Positions 43,222-52,170 of a DNA stretch of 64,000 nt are shown in pieces. This stretch comes from a bacterium (GTDB taxonomy: Bacteria; SZUA-182; DTGQ01). How positions within the stretch are numbered: position 1 is the stretch's first letter; the number at the start of each line of letters is the position of its first letter. Below the pieces are notes generated by a model, which saw only the letters and a list, made by a program, of their open reading frames with translations, had not been told where the DNA came from and did not search any database. Made by a program: the position numbers and the translations under genes. The stretch spans positions 12,574 through 76,573 of the forward strand of contig JBFLZW010000072.1 in the NCBI GenBank assembly GCA_040755755.1. Reading direction: 5' to 3'.

Positions 43222-44799
43222 TTACCTTAACAGCAGCCTGGCCGCAGGCAAGGCAGCACCGTGATAAGGATATTTTACGAGCACTCCCAGGATAATTACT
43301 AATACGGCTAAAATGCAGACCGGTATCAACATTGTTTTAGATGCTTCGTCAACTGTCTCTATCTCTATCTTCGGATTTCCAAAATAGCTGATCGCCACTA
43401 CCCGAAAATAATAAACCGCATTCAACAGGCTGCTGACCAGAAGAACAATAAGCAGCCACGGCATACCCGCCTGGATAGTGGCTGTAGCCAGAACCCATTT
43501 GCTCATGAAACCGCACATCGGAGGAATCCCCACCAGCGAACAGGCTCCGATGGTGAAACAGGCCATGGTGGCAGGCATCCGATATCCCAATTTTCCCATG
43601 TCGGTGATATTCCTGATGCCCGTTTTGTACAGAATGATTCCGGAGCACAGAAACATCAAACTCTTAACAATGGCATGGTTAACGATATGGAGGATAGATC
43701 CGGCCAGCCCATAGGGAGTGATCAGAGCTATCCCGAAAAGAATGTACCCCATCTGGGCAATGGTTGAATAGGCCAGCATTCTTTTTAACTGCGTCTGAAC
43801 TATTGCAAAAAGTGAGCCACTCAGAATGGTGATACTGCTGATAATTAAAAAAAGCGGAGAGATGATTTCTCCATAGTAGCCTTTATGGATGCCAAAAACC
43901 GTGAACACAAAGCGAATCAGTAAAAATACCCCGGTAGTTTTGACAATCAGTCCGGATAAAAGAGCACTGATCGATGCCGGGGCCGCGGGATGAGCATCAG
44001 CCAGCCAGGCATGGCTGGGGAAAAAGGCAGCCTTGATACTGAATCCCATGATGAATAATCCCAGTGAAGCATAAACCAGATACCGGTAGGGAGAGAGCGG
44101 TGATCCGGGATGAGAGCCGACGATTTTGGCAATCTGCTGGGAGGCATAATTCATATTGAGCGTTCCGGTGGCATTAAAGAGGAGCCCAATGGCAAAAACG
44201 ATCAGGATTGAGCTCAAAGCCCCGGTGAGAATATACTTGAAGGTGGCTTCCAGCGACTCAGGCCGCCCGCTGATAGAGACCAGCGTATAGGAGCTGATGG
44301 AAGCGATTTCGAAAAAAACATAGAAATTGAAGCAGTCGCCGGTGATGGCAATCCCGGACATTCCTGCCAGCATCAGGAGCAGCAGAGTGTAATAATAGGT
44401 GTGCTTTTCCTTCGGTACTTCATGGTGAATGTATCGGCAGGAATAGAGCGAGGCCAGAAAACCGATGCCGTTGATCAAAATCAGCAGGATGGCCCCGAAA
44501 AGATCTGTGCGCAGGGCGATGCCGATCGGCTGGCCTGTCTGGAGCTGGCTTTTGCCTCCCCAGTGATATCCGGTCAGATACTCGATATATCCGGTGGGGG
44601 AGGCCAGGACCTTGGTCAGGATCGCCAGAGAGGCTGTAAAACCGGCCACGGTGACCAGAAGGACCAGGGGCTCCCGGTATTTCGGGTTGAGCCTGGAAAT
44701 GATGGGAATTACCAGGGCACTGGCTATTAAAATAACCGGGACCAAGATTTGTAAATGAGATGCACCGATGCCAATAGCTGAATCCATACTACCAACCAT
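43222..44799 (-). CDS. mrpD: MrpD/NuoN-like antiporter subunit (paralog 1)
   Basis: 525 aa with FFEIASISSYTLV, SIKAAFFPSHAWLADAH and LAYSTIAQMGYIL. Confidence 0.8.
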   Translation of the reverse strand: MVGSMDSAIGIGASHLQILVPVILIASALVIPIISRLNPKYREPLVLLVTVAGFTASLAILTKVLASPTGYIEYLTGYHWGGKSQLQTGQPIGIALRTDLFGAILLILINGIGFLASLYSCRYIHHEVPKEKHTYYYTLLLLMLAGMSGIAITGDCFNFYVFFEIASISSYTLVSISGRPESLEATFKYILTGALSSILIVFAIGLLFNATGTLNMNYASQQIAKIVGSHPGSPLSPYRYLVYASLGLFIMGFSIKAAFFPSHAWLADAHPAAPASISALLSGLIVKTTGVFLLIRFVFTVFGIHKGYYGEIISPLFLIISSITILSGSLFAIVQTQLKRMLAYSTIAQMGYILFGIALITPYGLAGSILHIVNHAIVKSLMFLCSGIILYKTGIRNITDMGKLGYRMPATMACFTIGACSLVGIPPMCGFMSKWVLATATIQAGMPWLLIVLLVSSLLNAVYYFRVVAISYFGNPKIEIETVDEASKTMLIPVCILAVLVIILGVLVKYPYHGAALPAARLLLR

Positions 44800-44965
44800 T
44801 CCTTATGAGCTTTTAGATCAACAAGTTGCTTATACCTGGCTAGCTTTCGCGCTCGAGATTATATCCTTTTGATCGCTCTCATGATCACCCTACACCAGAG
44901 AGAGGAGCATTCGTAGCCTTGATGCCGCCCTGCAAGGATCATCTATTTTTTGAGATCGTTAATCT

Positions 44966-45370
44966 TTACCCTTTTAATCTCATGATCTTCCGAGTATCCA
45001 ATGTCCCGTAATGTTCGTATATTTTTATGGATAAGGCCAAAGAAATGGCCGTTACACTGATGCTGACCACAATGGCCGTTAAAATAAGGGCCGATGGTAT
45101 TGGATTAACCAAAGCCACCTGCCCGGCTGCCGCTCTGGCCGCATGCGCGGCATCGGCAATTTCCGGCGGTCCTGCCCACTGCCAGGTGGCAGGTCCAAGC
45201 CGGACATCCGCCGAGGCGATGAAGAACAGGTAGACCGAAGTTTCGATCACATTCATCCCGATCAGTTTCTTGATCAGATTGGGTTTTACGATCAGCGCAT
45301 ACAGCCCGATGCAAAACAGGATGACGGTAACAATGTAATCGATTCTACTCAATACCGGTTCGATCCACAT
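44966..45370 (-). CDS. mrpC: MrpC/NuoK-like subunit
   Basis: Trimmed to the ATG at 45370 (MWIEPVLSRIDYIVTVILFCIGLYALIVKPNLIKKLIGMNVIETSVYLFFIA). It has three TM segments and overlaps the mrpB end by 26 nt. Confidence 0.65.
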   Translation of the reverse strand: MWIEPVLSRIDYIVTVILFCIGLYALIVKPNLIKKLIGMNVIETSVYLFFIASADVRLGPATWQWAGPPEIADAAHAARAAAGQVALVNPIPSALILTAIVVSISVTAISLALSIKIYEHYGTLDTRKIMRLKG

Positions 45371-45887
45371 CCGACCATCTCCTCGTGTACGGCAGTTCCC
45401 GGTGATTTTTCCGATAGGCTTCATCCCGCCTCTCTTCCAGGAATGCGAAAAATAACCCGGTGAAGATACTGGCCACAGCCAGACCGACACCGATATTAAT
45501 CCAAAAAAGAGTCCCTCCGCTGAGAAGCTCTCCCGGCATACCGGACGGATAGATACCAGCCGCCTTATTGGCCAGAAAACGATATCCCAGGAACATACCG
45601 GCCAATCCTGCGCCGATATACAGGAATATCCCCGCACTGACCCCCCACATCAATGAAGAAGCGGGGACCATCTTGCGGCCCTTTTTTCTCTGAAAAGCCA
45701 GAGTGAAGAGAATGCATGCGGCACTGATAATCACCCCGCCCTGAAATCCCCCTCCCGGAGTCAAATGCCCGTGAGTGATCAGGTAGATGCCGAACATGAT
45801 AACAAAGGGGCACATTATCCGGCTGACCTGCTGAATGACAATGCCTGTATGGTATTCCTGTCGATCTTTCCTTCCCTGGTCATTCAT
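45345..45887 (-). CDS. mrpB: MrpB/MbhF-like subunit
   Basis: Trimmed to the ATG at 45887 (MNDQGRK...). The HGHLTPGGGFQGGV signature is that of MnhB-type subunits. Confidence 0.7.
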   Translation of the reverse strand: MNDQGRKDRQEYHTGIVIQQVSRIMCPFVIMFGIYLITHGHLTPGGGFQGGVIISAACILFTLAFQRKKGRKMVPASSLMWGVSAGIFLYIGAGLAGMFLGYRFLANKAAGIYPSGMPGELLSGGTLFWINIGVGLAVASIFTGLFFAFLEERRDEAYRKNHRELPYTRRWSDVDRTGIE

Positions 45888-46221
45888 GGGGGTTGTCACT
45901 CTCTCTCGTGCCGATGATGGAAAGTACGCCAATCAGGGCTGCAAATAAAACAGTTGTTTCAAAAAGGGTATCATACCCCCGGTAATCGAAAATAATGGCC
46001 GCGATAATATCCAGCGCACCCGTCTCCGCGCAGGCATGACGATTGTAGTGCAGGGCAACGGAATCGGCCTTTTCAACCACCTGAGCTTTGGTCAGGGAAG
46101 GATCAACGAAATCTGCATATCCGGGCAGATGAGGATCCCCGATGGGGTTAAACCTCATGATAACCAGTACCATGCTGAAGGCAAAAACCGTAAACAGTAT
46201 GGCCGGAAGAAATTTCCTCAC
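45880..46221 (-). CDS. MbhE-like / MrpB N-terminal-like subunit
   Basis: 113 aa. DIIAAIIFDYRGYDTLFETTV matches the D(Y/F)RG(Y/F)DTLGE motif of Mbh/Mrp B-type subunits. Confidence 0.6.
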   Translation of the reverse strand: MRKFLPAILFTVFAFSMVLVIMRFNPIGDPHLPGYADFVDPSLTKAQVVEKADSVALHYNRHACAETGALDIIAAIIFDYRGYDTLFETTVLFAALIGVLSIIGTRESDNPHE

Positions 46222-46470
46222 TTAATCCTCCCTCCTCTTTGTCCTGCAGAGGGCGGCGACGAACAAAATGCTGGAAATTCCAGCTCCCACGGCAGCTTCG
46301 GTCATGGCCACATCCACTGCCCTCAATATGCTGTAGGTTACGGTAATAGTAAAGCTGTAAGCACTGTAAATAATGACCGATTCCAGAAGGTCCCTGGACA
46401 TGATGGCCGCAAGAGCAGTCGCCACCAGAAAGATCAGGATAATCACATGAGCCAGGATTACAGGATCCAT
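46222..46470 (-). CDS. DUF4040 / MbhD-like small membrane subunit
   Basis: Trimmed to the ATG at 46470 (MDPVILAHVIILIFLVATALAAIMSRDLLESVIIYSAYSF..MTEAAVGAG), giving 82 aa. Confidence 0.55.
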   Translation of the reverse strand: MDPVILAHVIILIFLVATALAAIMSRDLLESVIIYSAYSFTITVTYSILRAVDVAMTEAAVGAGISSILFVAALCRTKRRED

Positions 46471-46490
46471 ATTTTTTTCTCTTTCCTTAC

Positions 46491-46844
46491 TCAACCTTTC
46501 CGGTCCTTCAAAAGATTCACGGTGGTTCCCTTCACCCACGGCACCCCGGTCTTGTAGCAGAACCGCAGAATGGCATGCACCGCTATCGGGTTGGAAAACA
46601 ACATGAAAACAAGAATCAGCAGGATTTTTAAACTCTCCAGGGGGTTGATGGTCAACCAATAGAGCCATACGCCGGTCAGGGAGAGGAGAAACCCCGGGCC
46701 ATCACCCTTTCCGGCTGCATGGGCCCGGTTATACGGGTCAGGCATCCGGATGATACCGACCGTGGCTGCAACGAAAAAAAATACACCGCCGGTAATAAAG
46801 ATTCCGGCTACAATCTGCAGCAATACCGTCACGTAGATCATCAC
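46491..46844 (-). CDS. mrpG: MrpG/MnhG-like subunit
   Basis: 117 aa with GIIRMPDPYNRAHAAGKGD (the RxPDxYxRxHAxxK signature). Confidence 0.7.
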   Translation of the reverse strand: MMIYVTVLLQIVAGIFITGGVFFFVAATVGIIRMPDPYNRAHAAGKGDGPGFLLSLTGVWLYWLTINPLESLKILLILVFMLFSNPIAVHAILRFCYKTGVPWVKGTTVNLLKDRKG

Positions 46845-47116
46845 TCACCCAGGTCCCGATGTTCCAGATATTTGATAAAAGCGATTGTGGTCACATAGAT
46901 CAGCATGGCATAGAGCATGGCGATATCGAGGAACGAGCTTTTTTGAAAAATGGCCGCCAGAAAAACGAACGCCACTACGGCCTTGGTCCCCACTACATTG
47001 ATGCCAATAATCCGGTCGGCAGTGGTCGGACCCAGCACAGCCCGGTAGAGGCAGAAAAAAATCGTGCAGGACAGGACCAAAATAGCCAGTTTCAATAAAA
47101 AGTCGAGCTCAATCAC
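46841..47116 (-). CDS. mrpF: MrpF/MnhF-like subunit
   Basis: Trimmed to the GTG at 47116 (GTGA overlap with the mrpE stop; GGAGG lies 8 nt upstream). LYRAVLGPTTADRIIGINVVG is the MnhF signature. Confidence 0.65.
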   Translation of the reverse strand: MIELDFLLKLAILVLSCTIFFCLYRAVLGPTTADRIIGINVVGTKAVVAFVFLAAIFQKSSFLDIAMLYAMLIYVTTIAFIKYLEHRDLGE

Positions 47117-47676
47117 CTTTGTTTCCTCCGATAAATAGAGCGGATTTTCTCCACAAATCCCCCGCTCTCCAGTATCCCCTTCACTGCTTCCTGACTGATA
47201 CAATGAACCCAGAAAATACTTCCTTTATCCGTTTTTTCCGCCTCAATAGTAATCGTACCGGGCGTAAGAGTAATCGAGTTGGCGTTCAGGGTAATCTCCC
47301 CATCCGTGTGCAGAGGAGTTTCAACCTGGACAATGCCCGGAGAGATCATCAATTGTCTGCGCAATACTCTCCTGGCCACATCGATTCCGGCCAGGAAAAT
47401 ATCGATCATCAGACGATTGCCGTACATGACCAGCCGAAACAGCGTTCCAAGGTCACGGTGCTTCGAGATTTGCCGGGAACTGAAAATACATTCCGGGTAC
47501 AGGGAAACGATGAGCAGGGAAATGATCAATCCGACGATACTGTGTTCGAAAAGATTTATCAGACCTAATTTTGACCAGATGCCGTCATGGAGAGAAATAA
47601 CCATCCAGAACAAAAAAAGACAGACTGCCGCCACCCCAAATTCATCCCTCTTTTTTCCCCTCAATAACCTTCTCAA
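47113..47676 (-). CDS. mrpE: MrpE/MnhE-like subunit
   Basis: 187 aa with two N-terminal TM helices and NANSITLTPGTITIE (the MnhE SITLTPGT block). Confidence 0.7.
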   Translation of the reverse strand: MRRLLRGKKRDEFGVAAVCLFLFWMVISLHDGIWSKLGLINLFEHSIVGLIISLLIVSLYPECIFSSRQISKHRDLGTLFRLVMYGNRLMIDIFLAGIDVARRVLRRQLMISPGIVQVETPLHTDGEITLNANSITLTPGTITIEAEKTDKGSIFWVHCISQEAVKGILESGGFVEKIRSIYRRKQR

Positions 47677-47784
47677 AGCTTACTTACCACCACAGCACTT
47701 GTGTTAAAGCCACCACCATCCGTGAGGTGGCCATACTGTATCCCAACCCGCCACCTCGACTTTCAAAACAATCAGCACGTTAAA

Positions 47785-47814
47785 AATTTACCATACCGGC
47801 ACTGGCTTTGTCAA
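47785..47814 (-). promoter_or_regulatory. Candidate sigma70 promoter of the mrp operon (TTGACA-18-TAAATT)
   Basis: Minus strand: ttTTGACAaagccagtgccggtatggTAAATTt, about 100 nt upstream of the mrpE start. Confidence 0.35.
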
Positions 47815-48002
47815 AATTATTTTTAGTGAATTATCTCTGTCTTAAGTCTAAAAAATACAAGCCATTAATACCCTGTGGCTGGGAAAAACCCAGAATGAAA
47901 AACTCTCCTTACGCACCATTCATACATCATTCTTCGATACAAAATCTACTCAAACCGACTTTTTTTAGGAATAAAACTTGCATGCCCCCCAAAAGCCAGC
48001 AT

Positions 48003-48914
48003 TCAACCGCTCATGATAAACTTGCTGCTCAAGGCATTATGAGCCGGGTAAGCCAAAAGCCCTGAAAAAGGCAAATGCAGCCCGGAACCGGTCAAATAAC
48101 CATTAATGATCCTTTGCGGAGCGGCCTTGATAAACCACTCGTTCTGCTCGTAGACGACCGTATGCCGCCCGCCGGGAGAGAAGATATCGAACTCGCTCCC
48201 ATTCAGTGGCGTGCGGAACAATACCGCCGCCGCCGATACGGAGCCGGTACCGCAGGAAAAGGTTTGCCGCTGAGATCCTCGCTCATAGGTCCTGATAAGG
48301 GCATTCCTGTCCTTTACCTCAAACACCATGGTGATATTCACTCCGCCTTTAATGCCGGTAATATCCCGCAAGGGACGACAGTAGTCCTCGAAATCCTTCT
48401 GGTTCATACGAACCCCGTTGAATGAAGCCGGAGTATCTATAACCAAATGGGGCTCCCCGGCCCGCACGAGGCCGAATACCGGTTTGCCCTGAAGCAGGAA
48501 TCCGGGAATTTTTGTCAATTCCTGGGTGAGGAGAACTGCCGGGCCAATTTCCACCTTCCATTCCCCGTTAAGTTTAACGGCCATCTTCACCCCGCTTGCA
48601 CTTTCAACCTTAATCCTGTTGCTGCTCATCTCCTCGCCAACCTTGGCAGCCGCATAAATCATGCCGTTTCCGCAAAAATCGGCCTCATGACCATCTCCAC
48701 CCAGGACCCGCAGACGCACGTCAGCTATGGGGGAATCCTGGAGTACGAGCAGATCGTCAGCCAAGGGAGTTGTACAGAGGATTCTTGCCAGCCAGAAGAG
48801 ATACTCCATCGGAAGACCTTCCATTCCTCGACAGTCGAGCAATACAAAGTGGTTCAGAAGCGTATGTCCCAGCTCCACCGGTATTTTCCCTGAGTTTAGC
48901 GATCGCCTCATCAT
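48003..48914 (-). CDS. dapF: Diaminopimelate epimerase
   Basis: 303 aa with two catalytic-Cys blocks, FCGNGMIYAA and FSCGTGSVSAAAV, in the expected half-domain positions. Confidence 0.75.
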   Translation of the reverse strand: MMRRSLNSGKIPVELGHTLLNHFVLLDCRGMEGLPMEYLFWLARILCTTPLADDLLVLQDSPIADVRLRVLGGDGHEADFCGNGMIYAAAKVGEEMSSNRIKVESASGVKMAVKLNGEWKVEIGPAVLLTQELTKIPGFLLQGKPVFGLVRAGEPHLVIDTPASFNGVRMNQKDFEDYCRPLRDITGIKGGVNITMVFEVKDRNALIRTYERGSQRQTFSCGTGSVSAAAVLFRTPLNGSEFDIFSPGGRHTVVYEQNEWFIKAAPQRIINGYLTGSGLHLPFSGLLAYPAHNALSSKFIMSG

Positions 48915-49125
48915 AGTTTACCCTTCTCCGTTATTATATTTAACCAAATATATAATCAGCCTGTTCGGGATGCTGCTATCATCCCCGGCCTTCTCTCTCC
49001 CTCACCCCCAATCGGCATGTTCATTCTCCGGAAGCTACCAGATGGGGGAGGGGCGAGGATGGAACAAGTGTGCAGGGACTTGACGTGCCTTTACCGAATA
49101 TTCTTAGAAATAAGGACAACGATGC

Positions 49126-50346
49126 ATGGCCGACATTGATCTCTCAAAACTCAAGCTGGATAGATCCCCGGTAGCCGAACCTTCGGCCAAAGCCGCACGG
49201 CGTGGGTATCGTCGGCTTCTCGCCGTATTTATCCTTTTGGGTGCTGCTGCATTCGTTTTCAGAAAAGTGCTGGTCCCAACTCACCAGGTAGAAGTCACCA
49301 CGGTTTCCCAGATATACCCCGCTCAAACCCTTACTGTTTTAAACGCCAGCGGCTATGTGGTTGCGCAGCGCAAAGCTGCTGTATCATCCAAGATCACTGG
49401 CCGGCTGGTATCACTGTCGGTTGAAGAGGGAAGCAGGGTCAGGGAGGGGCAGGTGATTGCCCGGCTTGAGGAAGCTGATGCTGTCTCGGCCCGGAATCAG
49501 GCAAAAGCCAATCTGAGGGCGGCGCGGTATAATCTCGAGCAGGCCAGGGCTGAACTTCGAGAAGCTGAACTGGTGTTAAACCGAAGCAGGCAGATGCTGA
49601 GCCGCGGCTTCCTGTCACAGGCAGACTACGATAGTGTCGAAGCCCGCTACCAGAAAACCTCGGCCGCGGTTACCGCAGCCGAGGCAGCGGTGGATGCTCA
49701 GGCAGCAGCCCTTGAGGGAGCCAGCATATCGGTTGACCACACCTTTATCCGGGCCCCCTTCGATGCTGTGGTGCTGACCAAAAACGCCGATGTCGGCGAT
49801 GTCGTTACCCCTTTGGGGGCTGCGGCCAACATCAAGGCTGCCGTAGTCACCATCGCTGATATGAATTCCCTCCAGGTTGAGGTGGATATTTCCGAATCCA
49901 ATCTGGAAAAGGTGAAAATAGGCCAGCCATGTGAGATCCAGCTCGACGCTCTGCCCCAGTTCCGTTTCAGCGGGGTCGTTCATATGATCGTACCGACCGT
50001 GGACCGGACCAAAGCGGCCATCATGGTCAAGGTACGGTTTTTGGATAAAGACAGCCGCATCCTGCCTGAGATGAGCGCCAGGGTTGCTTTCCTCTCACGT
50101 CCGCTGAGAAACGACGAGAAAACCCTGCGGCAGGTCGTAAGCTCGACCGCCATCGTGACCCGGCAGGGGAAAAGGGTGGTCTTTATGGTCAAAGGAGACC
50201 GGGTGATTGAAACCCCGGTTACGAGCGGCGACAGGTTCGGCGATATGGTTGAAGTGGTAGGCGGGGTGAAGGTTGGGGACAGGCTCGTGGTAAAGCCGCC
50301 GGACGAATTGCGGCACAGGGCCAGGGTAAGGGTTAATGAAACCTGA
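49126..50346 (+). CDS. Efflux pump periplasmic adaptor (HlyD/MacA/DevB family)
   Basis: 406 aa with an N-terminal TM segment, a biotinyl-lipoyl-like block (SKITGRLVSLSVEEGSRVREGQVIARLE), a coiled-coil hairpin and a beta-barrel domain. Confidence 0.8.
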   Translation: MADIDLSKLKLDRSPVAEPSAKAARRGYRRLLAVFILLGAAAFVFRKVLVPTHQVEVTTVSQIYPAQTLTVLNASGYVVAQRKAAVSSKITGRLVSLSVEEGSRVREGQVIARLEEADAVSARNQAKANLRAARYNLEQARAELREAELVLNRSRQMLSRGFLSQADYDSVEARYQKTSAAVTAAEAAVDAQAAALEGASISVDHTFIRAPFDAVVLTKNADVGDVVTPLGAAANIKAAVVTIADMNSLQVEVDISESNLEKVKIGQPCEIQLDALPQFRFSGVVHMIVPTVDRTKAAIMVKVRFLDKDSRILPEMSARVAFLSRPLRNDEKTLRQVVSSTAIVTRQGKRVVFMVKGDRVIETPVTSGDRFGDMVEVVGGVKVGDRLVVKPPDELRHRARVRVNET

Positions 50347-51016
50347 GCAGCCGATTGTCGAAATACGGAATCTGTCCAAATCATATCGCCGGGACAGCCA
50401 GAGGGTGTCGGTCCTTGAGGGCATAACGCTCGACATCGAGGCAGGGGAATTCCTCGCTCTGATGGGGCCTTCCGGCTCCGGGAAAAGCACCCTCCTGAAC
50501 CTGGTCGCCGGCATCGATAAGCCGGACAGCGGAACTATCAGAGTGGGCGGTATTGATATATCGCTCCTTTCCGAAGCTCAACTGGCCCGGTGGCGGGCCG
50601 CTCATGTGGGTTTCATTTTTCAGTTTTACAACCTGATCCCTGTGCTCACGGCCTTTGAGAATATCGAATTGCCCCTGCTTCTGACCAGCCTTTCCCGGCA
50701 GGAACGGCGGGAGCATGTCGATGTGGCCCTTCATCTGGTCAATCTCCAGGACCGGCAGGATCACTACCCCGGCCAGCTCTCCGGAGGCGAGCAGCAGCGG
50801 GTGGCCATTGCCCGGGCCATTATCACCGATCCGACCATCGTGGTGGCGGATGAGCCGACAGGCGATCTGGACCGTATCTCTGCCGGGGATGTTCTCGACC
50901 TTATGGACCGTCTCAACCGGGAGCTGGGCAAAACCATCATCATGGTGACCCATGACCCGCGGGCAGCCGAAAAGGCCCGGATTATCAGGCACCTGGAAAA
51001 AGGGGTCCTGCAATGA
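50336..51016 (+). CDS. ABC transporter ATP-binding protein (MacB/LolD-type)
   Basis: 226 aa with Walker A GPSGSGKST, signature LSGGEQQRVAIARA and Walker B IVVADEPTGDLD. Confidence 0.9.
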   Translation: MKPEQPIVEIRNLSKSYRRDSQRVSVLEGITLDIEAGEFLALMGPSGSGKSTLLNLVAGIDKPDSGTIRVGGIDISLLSEAQLARWRAAHVGFIFQFYNLIPVLTAFENIELPLLLTSLSRQERREHVDVALHLVNLQDRQDHYPGQLSGGEQQRVAIARAIITDPTIVVADEPTGDLDRISAGDVLDLMDRLNRELGKTIIMVTHDPRAAEKARIIRHLEKGVLQ

Positions 51017-52170
51017 TGCTTCAACTCAAGCTGCTGTTCAAAAATGCCTTCCGCCATAAGGTCCGCACGTTTTTAACCATTCTCAGCATCACCATTGCCC
51101 TTCTGGCCTTCGGGCTCCTGCAAACGTTCATCAATGCCTGGTATGCCGGGCCGGAAACCTCTTCCGCCTGCCGGATGGTGACCAGAAACGCCATTTCCCT
51201 CACCTTTCCCCTTCCCCTTTCCTATAAAGATAAAATCCGCCAGATCGAGGGAGTGCGGGAATTGACCTACGGGAACTGGTTTGGCGGCATCTATATCGAA
51301 GAAAAAAACTTCTTTGCCAACTTCGCCATCGAGCCGCTGGGGTATCTTAAACTCTACGACTACGCGATACCGGACGGGCAAAGGGAAAAATTTCTGCGTG
51401 ACCGCCGGGCGGCCCTCGCCGGGCGGGCGATCGTGGAGAGATTCGGCTGGAAGATCGGCGATATTATTACCCTGAAAGGAACGATCTATCCCGGCACCTG
51501 GGAATTTATGCTGGCCGGTGTCTATCGCCGGGGGAGTGTCGATATCGATGAATCCCAGTTTTTCTTCCATTGGGATTACCTCAATGAAGCGCTCAAGAAG
51601 TCCATGCCCCATCGGGCGGATCAGGTCGATTTCTATATTATTGGCGTGAGCAGGCCGGAAATGACCACAGAAGTGGCTCTGGCAGTGGATAAAACCTTCA
51701 AAAACTCTCTGGCCGAGACCCTGACCGAAACCGAACGGTCCTTCCAGCTCAGTTTTATCACCATGAGCGAGGCGATCATCAAGGCCATACAGCTTATCTC
51801 TTTTGTGGTAATCGGCATCATCATGGCTGTGGCTGTCAACACCATGACCATGTCGGTCAGGGAAAGGATCGGTGAGTATGCGGTCTTTAAAACTCTGGGT
51901 TTCGGTGGCCGCCAGATCGTCGCCTTGATCGTCGGAGAGTCTCTGATTATCACCATGACAGGCTGCATTATCGCTATTTTCCTTACCTTTCCGATGGTAA
52001 AAACCCTGGGCCGGACCCTTCGCAATTACCTGCCGATATTCAGGGTGGATCGAGAGGTCTTTTATTACTACCTGGCAGCCTCTTTTGTGGTCGGGATCGT
52101 GGCGGCCATTATCCCGGCATGGCGGGCGCTCAGGGTTCCCGTCGCCGAAGCTTTGCGGAGGATCGCCTAG
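51013..52170 (+). CDS. ABC transporter permease (FtsX/MacB-type)
   Basis: 385 aa with an N-terminal TM segment, a large periplasmic domain and a C-terminal 3-TM FtsX-like domain (REIGxxKxLGF-type: RERIGEYAVFKTLGF). Confidence 0.8.
   Translation: MMLQLKLLFKNAFRHKVRTFLTILSITIALLAFGLLQTFINAWYAGPETSSACRMVTRNAISLTFPLPLSYKDKIRQIEGVRELTYGNWFGGIYIEEKNFFANFAIEPLGYLKLYDYAIPDGQREKFLRDRRAALAGRAIVERFGWKIGDIITLKGTIYPGTWEFMLAGVYRRGSVDIDESQFFFHWDYLNEALKKSMPHRADQVDFYIIGVSRPEMTTEVALAVDKTFKNSLAETLTETERSFQLSFITMSEAIIKAIQLISFVVIGIIMAVAVNTMTMSVRERIGEYAVFKTLGFGGRQIVALIVGESLIITMTGCIIAIFLTFPMVKTLGRTLRNYLPIFRVDREVFYYYLAASFVVGIVAAIIPAWRALRVPVAEALRRIA

Noticed and set aside
33682-47676. Membrane-bound hydrogenase (Mbh/Mbx) or complex I operon
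   Set aside because: Only membrane antiporter-type subunits are present. No NiFe large or small subunit, NuoB/C/D/H/I-like subunit or Fe-S protein genes are in or next to the array.
47808-48065. 85-aa plus-strand ORF upstream of the mrp operon
   Set aside because: It has no RBS, overlaps the dapF 3' end on the opposite strand, and lies in an AT-rich promoter or terminator region.
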